DNA of 64,000 bases from Thermoanaerobaculia bacterium. GTDB taxonomy: Bacteria; Acidobacteriota; Thermoanaerobaculia; Multivoradales; UBA5704. This document shows positions 58,020-64,000 of the stretch, one piece after another. Where the stretch lies: contig JBGAGQ010000026.1 of the NCBI GenBank assembly GCA_044226625.1, forward strand, positions 1-64,000, in the 5' to 3' direction. Under the pieces are notes generated by a model. That model saw only the letters and a list, made by a program, of their open reading frames with translations. It had not been told where the DNA came from and ran no database searches. Within the stretch, counting starts at the first letter, position 1, and each line of letters opens with the position of its first letter. Both the position numbers and the translations under genes were made by a program.

Positions 58020-58050
58020 AACCGGCGGCGGGGCAACCCGCCGCCGGTTT
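58020..58050. terminator. Probable bidirectional terminator
   Basis: AACCGGCGGCGGG-GCAA-CCCGCCGCCGGTTT between convergent genes. Confidence 0.75.
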
Positions 58051-58078
58051 CGTTGCGCGGTCGTTTCGGATCCGTCGT

Positions 58079-58534
58079 CTAATCCCGATCGACCGGTGAT
58101 CCCTCGGCGCGTCGGCCGCTCTCCCCCGTACCGGTGGGGCGGTCCCGCCGGCCGTCCTCCGCATCGTCCCTGCGATGGCGGCACCGGGGATCGCCATGCC
58201 GGGGACCCCACGGACCGCGCCAACTCTCCCAGCTCTCCCGAACGCGGTCCCGCTCGTCCGGGCTCATCCGCTCCCATCGCTCGGCCATCCGCTCGCGGAA
58301 CTTCGAGCGTGAGCGCCATGCGCCGCCTCGGCCGCCCATGCCGCCGAACAGGATGCGGCTGAGCGCGAGGATCCCGAACGCCTGCCAGAACGTCACCTGC
58401 GGCAAGCCGACCAACGGCGGCAGGAGCCAGTTCCACAGCAGCATCACGATCGTTCCGCCCAAGAAGGCGAAGAGCACCATTCCGAGGATCGCAAACGGCG
58501 CGATCCAGATCATCTTGCGAAATTTCGCCCGCAT
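58079..58534 (-). CDS. Small membrane protein co-transcribed with ECF sigma
   Basis: VMLLWNWLLP.L.GLP..TFWQA.GIL.LSRILFGG conserved-looking motif. Confidence 0.8.
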   Translation of the reverse strand: MRAKFRKMIWIAPFAILGMVLFAFLGGTIVMLLWNWLLPPLVGLPQVTFWQAFGILALSRILFGGMGGRGGAWRSRSKFRERMAERWERMSPDERDRVRESWESWRGPWGPRHGDPRCRHRRDDAEDGRRDRPTGTGESGRRAEGSPVDRD

Positions 58535-58545
58535 CTCGTATCCCC

Positions 58546-59133
58546 TCATGACTTCGTAAAGTCGTCGTAGATCGACCGCAGCCGTTCGCGCAGAGCGAGC
58601 ACCGCGTAGCGCTTCCTGGACAGCAGGGTGTTGATGCTCACGCCGGTCTCCTCGGCCATCTCCCGAAAGCTTCGCCCTTCGATCTCGTGGGCCACGAAGA
58701 CGTCGCGTTGCGCCTCCGGCAGCTCGTCGATCGCCATCTCGATCTCTTCGAGCAGGGCGTTTCGAAAGGTGATCGCCTCCGGTCCGTCGTCGGGAGAGGG
58801 CAGGAGCTCCGCGAGATCGAGCCTCTCTCCGTCCTCGGCGTCCGGCGCGAACACGTCGTCGAGCCGTTCGGGCTTCTTCTTGCGAAAGCCGTCGACGATG
58901 CGATTGCGCGCAACGCGGAACAGCCAACCCGTCACGTGCTCGATCGGCATCAACAGGCGGTTCGCCTCGACCAGCTCGGAGAACACCTCCTGCAGAACGT
59001 CCTCGGCATCGAGCGGGTCGGCGACCCGCCGGTCGATGAAGCGGCGCAACCGGGAGCCTTCCCGTTCCACGACCTGCGCGATCCGCTGGTTCTGGGTCCT
59101 TGGCATCGGGTCGAGGTCGGCCAGGGTCGTCAT
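58546..59133 (-). CDS. ECF sigma-70 factor
   Basis: DAEDVLQEVF, GWLFRVARNRIVD, LPEAQRDVF, NTLLSRKRYAV. Confidence 0.9.
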   Translation of the reverse strand: MTTLADLDPMPRTQNQRIAQVVEREGSRLRRFIDRRVADPLDAEDVLQEVFSELVEANRLLMPIEHVTGWLFRVARNRIVDGFRKKKPERLDDVFAPDAEDGERLDLAELLPSPDDGPEAITFRNALLEEIEMAIDELPEAQRDVFVAHEIEGRSFREMAEETGVSINTLLSRKRYAVLALRERLRSIYDDFTKS

Positions 59134-59217
59134 CCATCCAACTAGACGGACGAGGGGGCGGCGATATTGTAGGCACGGGCCGTGGGCCGGTTGGGACCGG
59201 TCTAAGATCCGTCGTCT

Positions 59218-59820
59218 ATGGTTGGCCGCCGATACCGACTCGTCCAGCTCGCGCCGCGGATCCTTCCGCTGTTTCTCCCGCTCTTTCCCGCCCCGTCCCC
59301 CACCCGCGCGGCCACGATCGAGGTGCCGCACACAACCCTCGCCCGGTTGCTCACCGACGAAAGCTTTCCCGACCGCAGGCGCTACATCGCGGGCAAGCCC
59401 GGCGACCCCTGCAACTGGGGCTACGTGATCGATCCGCAGATCGCGACCGTCCCCGCGGGGCTCGAATTCCGCGGCCGGGTGCGCGGCGCCTTCAAGCTGC
59501 TCGGCTTCTGCACGACGCTCAAGAACGACCTGCCGATCCGCGCGGTGGCGACCCCCGTCTTTGCGCACGGCGTGTTGTCGTTCCGCTCGACCGATCTCGA
59601 GATCGAGGGGCAGTCGGGAGGGCGCGTGACCCGCTTCCTCCTCGAGCGGATCCTCGACCGCCTGCGGCTCGATCTCCGCGGCAAGCTCGAGATGCTCGCG
59701 AGCGGCGCCCGCGGCCCGAACGGGATCGCGTTCGAGCTCAAGGACTTCGAGGTCCGGAGCGTCGAGCTGCTCACCGACCGGACCCGCCTGGACGTCGATT
59801 TCGGCCTGGAGGTGCGGTGA
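59218..59820 (+). CDS. Hypothetical exported protein
   Basis: Hydrophobic N-terminus; host-like codon usage; overlaps the next gene (GTGA). Confidence 0.6.
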   Translation: MVGRRYRLVQLAPRILPLFLPLFPAPSPTRAATIEVPHTTLARLLTDESFPDRRRYIAGKPGDPCNWGYVIDPQIATVPAGLEFRGRVRGAFKLLGFCTTLKNDLPIRAVATPVFAHGVLSFRSTDLEIEGQSGGRVTRFLLERILDRLRLDLRGKLEMLASGARGPNGIAFELKDFEVRSVELLTDRTRLDVDFGLEVR

Positions 59821-60629
59821 GAATCCGCGGGGCGAGGAGAGCGTTCGTACTCCTCGCCCTGCTCGCAGAGGTCTTCGCGTCCTCGTCGGTGCGAGCGGCC
59901 GTGTCGATCCCTCTCGAGATCGACGCGGACCCGATCGTCGAAAACGTCGGGGGCGTTCCGGTCACGCTCGTCCTCTCCGGCTCGCTCGCGCTCACCGAGG
60001 CGCCGAACGGCGCCGAAGGGACGCTCCAAGTGACGGTCGACCTCGCCGATCTCCAGGCGAAGATCCTCAAGGTCGTGCGGGCGCAGGGAAACCGGACCGA
60101 GCTGTGCGGCGACCGGCTCGACCTGCGCGCCGCGGCGCTGTCGCCTCCCGCTCCGGCCAAGGCGCCGGCCCCGGGGAAGACCTCCGCCCAGCTCTACGTG
60201 GCGGGACGATACGAGTGGTATTTCTGCCGGCCGCCGGTCGGCGACCTGTTCAACCCCGGACCGCCCCGCCTCCTGTTTCGCCAGGACGGCGCGGCGCGGT
60301 TCGATCTGGCGCCGCGGATCGACGGCCAGGGGATCGCGCTCGATCTGAACGTCGCGGGGGTCGCGGCCGAGGGCGCCCTGGGACGGGTGCTCGACGTGCG
60401 CGCGGTCGGCGAGTTTCTGCGCGCGCGGCTCGCCGGAATGCTCGGCCGCGCGCTCGGGCCCGAGAGCCTGCGCGTCGCCCTGCCCCCGGAGCTCGCCGAG
60501 CTGCGGCCGCGGTTCGAGCGGGTTCGGTTCGTCGATCGCGGAGCGGGGCGCCTCGCGCTCGTCGCGGACGGGCGCCTACGGATTCCGCTCGAGGCGTTCG
60601 AAGGGCTCGCGGGGCGCAAGGCCCCGTGA
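59817..60629 (+). CDS. Hypothetical exported protein
   Basis: GTG after GGAGG; signal-like N-terminus. Confidence 0.6.
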   Translation: MRIRGARRAFVLLALLAEVFASSSVRAAVSIPLEIDADPIVENVGGVPVTLVLSGSLALTEAPNGAEGTLQVTVDLADLQAKILKVVRAQGNRTELCGDRLDLRAAALSPPAPAKAPAPGKTSAQLYVAGRYEWYFCRPPVGDLFNPGPPRLLFRQDGAARFDLAPRIDGQGIALDLNVAGVAAEGALGRVLDVRAVGEFLRARLAGMLGRALGPESLRVALPPELAELRPRFERVRFVDRGAGRLALVADGRLRIPLEAFEGLAGRKAP

Positions 60630-60691
60630 CGACGAGAAGCTAGACCCGAGAGCTGACGAGCGAGACGGGGCGGGAGTCGAGCGGCGAGACG

Positions 60692-61393
60692 TTAGCGGCC
60701 GGGATTCAGGACCGATTGCGCGGAGGTCCGTGCCGCTTCCAGGAAGTGGGAGGAGCCCAGCCAGTTGCGATCCGGGAAATACGCGAAGACCAGCGATCCC
60801 CCTTGGATCTCGTCGATCAGGTCGTGCGCGACCGCGAGGGACAAGGCCGGGCATCCCCAGCTGCGGCCCAGCCGGCCGTGCTGCCGGACGAAATCGGCGC
60901 TCACGTACGGGGCGCCGTGGATCACGATCGCGCGCTCTTGGGCGTGGTCGTTGACGCCGCGCTCGAGCCCGCGCAAGCGGAGCGAATAGCCGTTCGATCC
61001 CTGGTAGGTCTCCTGGGTGAGGAAGAGCCCGAGGCTCGACTTCAGGCTTCCCTCCTGATTCGAGAACGCGGTCGCGAAATTCTCGCCGCTCCCCTTGCCG
61101 TGCGCCACGAGCTCGTGCCAGACGACCTGCCCGGTGGCGCGATCGATCACCCAAAGGCGCGGCTCGGAGGACGGCCGGGAGTAGTCGATCACCGTGAGGA
61201 GCTTGGGCTTCGCGACGTGGACCTCGGTGAGCGCGCGATCCGCGGCTGCCGTCGCCAAGGTCAGGAGGGCGGGAGAGAGGCCCGTGCGGACCGCCGCGAC
61301 GCTCAGCGGCGAGGCCGCCGCGGGGAGGCCCAGAAGGAGGAACGCGAGGAGCAACAGGGTCGAGATCGACTGCATCGACCGAATCGACGTCAT
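60692..61393 (-). CDS. Murein L,D-transpeptidase catalytic-domain protein (YkuD_2)
   Basis: IDYSRPS, VAHGKGS, KSSLG, IVIHGA, GRSWGCPA. Confidence 0.92.
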   Translation of the reverse strand: MTSIRSMQSISTLLLLAFLLLGLPAAASPLSVAAVRTGLSPALLTLATAAADRALTEVHVAKPKLLTVIDYSRPSSEPRLWVIDRATGQVVWHELVAHGKGSGENFATAFSNQEGSLKSSLGLFLTQETYQGSNGYSLRLRGLERGVNDHAQERAIVIHGAPYVSADFVRQHGRLGRSWGCPALSLAVAHDLIDEIQGGSLVFAYFPDRNWLGSSHFLEAARTSAQSVLNPGR

Positions 61394-61492
61394 CGGCTAC
61401 CCTTTCGAGTGGAAGTCAGAGATTTCGGGGCGTCCCGGCGCCGTACCGCCGCCTCGATCGCCCCGCCCGTTCCTGTAACGCCGGATTGCCGC

Positions 61493-61534
61493 TTCAGATT
61501 CCCCGTTTCAGATTTCCCCGATTCAGATTCCCTC
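61493..61534. repeat. Three imperfect tandem copies of TTCAGATT(T)CCC
   Basis: 61493-61506, 61507-61521, 61522-61534; the last copy includes the SCP2 gene stop. Confidence 0.75.
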
Positions 61535-61936
61535 AGGGAATCGGGTTTCCACTCGGAGCGCGGCGGCGACCAGCTCTTTCGCCGCCGAGGCATAGGGCAG
61601 CAGCGAGCCCACACTGCCGCGAACCAGCTTGAGATGGCCCTTCATGATGCCGACCAGGGGCTCGAGGGCGCTGTCCATCAAACGCTTCCAGATCTTGAGC
61701 TCCGCCGACAGGATGTAGGGGACTCGCTCCATGTCCTCCGCGGTCGCGACCCTCGCCTCCCGGCATTCGCCGTCGAACAGGTCGAGGAAGACCGCCCGCT
61801 CCTCGATCCGGCCGACGCCGCGAGCGACCAGAACCAGCGGCCAGCGCCAACCGTTCTGCCTGCGCAGCTCTTCGCTCGCTTGAATCGCCTGCCGCCAGGC
61901 ACCCACCCAATCGGGCGAGAACAGATCGTGAGCCAT
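61523..61936 (-). CDS. SCP2 sterol-binding-domain protein
   Basis: FSPDWV.AW...LDLFDGECR...IMKGHLKLVRG. Confidence 0.8.
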   Translation of the reverse strand: MAHDLFSPDWVGAWRQAIQASEELRRQNGWRWPLVLVARGVGRIEERAVFLDLFDGECREARVATAEDMERVPYILSAELKIWKRLMDSALEPLVGIMKGHLKLVRGSVGSLLPYASAAKELVAAALRVETRFPEGI

Positions 61937-62038
61937 CGAGAGGTCTCCTTGCCCGGTGGATTGTAGCAGGACCCTCCGCCTCCGTCGGCGGCGAGATCTC
62001 GGGACGGCCCCGCGCGGCGGCGGCTCGGCGCTCTCCCG

Positions 62039-63487
62039 CTATACCCCGACCGCCTCCGGCTCCCAGGCCATGAACTCGCGCGAATCGTCCCCCGGGATCG
62101 GCTCGAGCCGCGCCGTGAAGTGGCGCAGGCTGTCGGCCTGCTCGACGATCCGCAGGCCGGAAAGCTCGAACCGGCGTTCCGCGACGTTGCGCGCGACGTC
62201 GCACACATAATCGAGGTGGCTCTGGGTGTAGACCCGGCGCGGCAGGGCGAGGCGGACCAGCTCGAGCGGCGCGAAACGCTCGCGGCCCGTGACCGGATCG
62301 ATGCCGCCGAACATCAGGGTGCCGATCTCGACCGACCGCACGCCCCCTTCGAGGTAGAGGGCGCAGGCGAGCGCCTGCCCCGGAAGGTCGCGCGGCGCGA
62401 TGTGCGGCAGGAGGGACCCGGCGTCGATGTAGATCGCGTGTCCTCCCGGAGGCTCGATGATCGGCAGCCCCGCGGCGGCGAGCTTGCGGCCGAAACGGTA
62501 GGTGCTCTCGATCCGATAGCGCAGGTAGTTCTCGTCCACCACCTCGGTCAGTCCGACGGCGATCGCCTCGAGGTCGCGCCCGGCCAGCCCGCCGTAGGTC
62601 GGAAATCCCTCGGTGAGCAGCAGCAGCTCTTTGGCGCGCTGCGCGAGTCGCGGATCCGACAGACCCAAGAATCCGCCGATGTTGGCGAGCCCGTCCTTTT
62701 TGGCGGAGAACGTGGCCCCGACGGCCAGCGAGAACATCTCCTGCGCGATCGACTCGACGGTCCGGTGCCCCTGCCCCTCTTCGCGCACCTTGATAAAGTA
62801 GGCGTTCTCCGCGAAGCGGCAGGCGTCGAGATAGAACGGCACGCCGAAACGGCGACAGATCTCGGACGTCGCCCGCAGGTTCGCGAGCGACGCCGGCTGG
62901 CCGCCGCCCGAGTTGTTGGTGACCGTCATCATCACCGCGGCGACCTGCGGCAGCGCGCGATCGCGCTCGGCCTCCCCCAGCAGGCGCTCGAGCCGCCCGA
63001 GGTCCATGTTCCCTTTGAACGGGAAGTCGAGACCCGGCTGGCGCGCCTCGGGGACCGCGAGGTCGACCGCGATGCCGCCGAGCGCCTCGATGTTGGCGCG
63101 CGTCGTGTCGAAGTGGATGTTGTTGACCACCACCCGGCCGGCGACGCCGAGGCAGGTGAACAGAATGCGCTCCGCGGCCCGCCCCTGATGAGTCGGCAGG
63201 ATGAAGGGAAACGCCGTGAGCTCCTGGACCCGCGACTCGAACCGGAACCACGAGCGGCTGCCGGCGTAGGCCTCGTCGCCGCGCTGGAGCACGGCCCACT
63301 GCGCGTCCGACATCGCGCCCGTCCCGGAGTCGGTGAACAGGTCTATCAGGACGTCCTCGGAACGTACTTTGAAAAGATTCCAAGAGGCGCGAGCCAAGAT
63401 GTCCATTCGCTCCTCGCGGCTGGTGATCCGGATCGGCTCGACACTCTTGATGCGGAACGGCTCAAAACAAGTCAGCGCACTCGCCAT
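62039..63487 (-). CDS. tnaA: Tryptophanase (beta-eliminating lyase family)
   Basis: EPFRIKSVEPI, TDSGT, GDEAYAGS, THQGRAAE, DACRFAEN, SAKKD (PLP Lys), EGFPTYGG, PRRVYTQSH. SAKKD favours TnaA over tyrosine phenol-lyase. Confidence 0.85.
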   Translation of the reverse strand: MASALTCFEPFRIKSVEPIRITSREERMDILARASWNLFKVRSEDVLIDLFTDSGTGAMSDAQWAVLQRGDEAYAGSRSWFRFESRVQELTAFPFILPTHQGRAAERILFTCLGVAGRVVVNNIHFDTTRANIEALGGIAVDLAVPEARQPGLDFPFKGNMDLGRLERLLGEAERDRALPQVAAVMMTVTNNSGGGQPASLANLRATSEICRRFGVPFYLDACRFAENAYFIKVREEGQGHRTVESIAQEMFSLAVGATFSAKKDGLANIGGFLGLSDPRLAQRAKELLLLTEGFPTYGGLAGRDLEAIAVGLTEVVDENYLRYRIESTYRFGRKLAAAGLPIIEPPGGHAIYIDAGSLLPHIAPRDLPGQALACALYLEGGVRSVEIGTLMFGGIDPVTGRERFAPLELVRLALPRRVYTQSHLDYVCDVARNVAERRFELSGLRIVEQADSLRHFTARLEPIPGDDSREFMAWEPEAVGV

Positions 63488-63731
63488 AATGCCCTCCCCC
63501 CAAGATGCCCTTTCCTTTTCCGGTGAGCGCCGGCCCTTCGAGCGGGCCACGATGTGGCAGATCGACGGAATTTGCCCTTGAAAGACGCGATTCCGGGGTA
63601 GTCTCATCGGTCGTATTCGTGTGAAGACTCCGAACCGCTCGCGGCCGTTTAGCTGGCCCTCGGCTTGCAGAGGCAGCGCAAAGACTTTTCGCATCGATGC
63701 TTCATTCCCAGCGTCACCAAAGGAGAGCTTC

Positions 63732-64000
63732 ATGTCCTCGATTTTTGAACAGCTCAGCTCGCAGCTCGGCGGCCATACCGACCAGATCGCCGACCTCCTC
63801 GGCGCCGATCCGGGGGCGACCGGCAAGGCGATCCAGGCCGCGATCCCCATGCTCGTCTCGGGCCTCGCGAAGAACTCGCAGAAACCGGGCGGAGCGGACG
63901 CCCTCCATCGCGCCCTCGATCAGCACGACGGCAGCATCCTCGATTCGGCGTTGAGCGTCTTTTCGGAGCTCCAGGCGGGCCAGGGCGCCGGCGGCGGTGG
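63732..64000 (+). CDS. DUF937 family protein (3' partial)
   Basis: AGGAG RBS; MSSIFEQL...AAIPMLVSGLAKN...ALDQHDGSILD; runs off the window. Confidence 0.8.
   Translation, partial: MSSIFEQLSSQLGGHTDQIADLLGADPGATGKAIQAAIPMLVSGLAKNSQKPGGADALHRALDQHDGSILDSALSVFSELQAGQGAGGG

Noticed and set aside
63488-63731. tnaC-like Trp-sensing leader peptide
   Set aside because: No short ORF with the W...D...P-stop pattern found by eye; the upstream ATGs I found are in frame with tnaA.
1-64000. tRNA, rRNA or intact IS element
   Set aside because: No cloverleaf/T-loop context, rRNA-like segment or transposase motif recognised; tRNAscan/Infernal/ISEScan would be needed to exclude them formally.

Overview
GC-rich bacterial chromosomal window. 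The XRE-HTH+TPR regulators, LKSERIQ-type PCD-like protein and CRTAC1/FG-GAP protein suggest Acidobacteriota, Thermoanaerobaculia-like (inference only). About 1-26 kb is a patchy accessory region: two low-GC NUDIX-like genes, an FAD/BBE oxidoreductase, a phage-like Rep + DnaC/IstB loader module with no visible integrase or virion genes, a ~20-21 bp-phased array of ten imperfect palindromes upstream of a small basic protein, two XRE-TPR regulators flanking a small secreted Cys-motif peptide (candidate peptide-signalling system), a low-GC Rad50/RloC-like ABC ATPase beside an hsdR remnant, four toxin-antitoxin loci whose toxins are all broken or absent, and three secreted Cys-rich proteins. 26-37 kb is a complete Wsp-like chemosensory operon in which both receptors carry a Cache-like domain at the C-terminus and the diguanylate cyclase has a degenerate receiver. 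37-64 kb is mostly core and envelope genes (FadL-like channel, CRTAC1, TauE, MetB-like, BrxA/B, PilZ, M23, SuhB, GH113, ECF sigma, L,D-transpeptidase, SCP2, tryptophanase) plus two tandem signal-peptide-bearing S74 tail-fibre-like proteins. No rRNA, tRNA or CRISPR array was recognised. All family calls come from motif recognition by eye; no database search was run.
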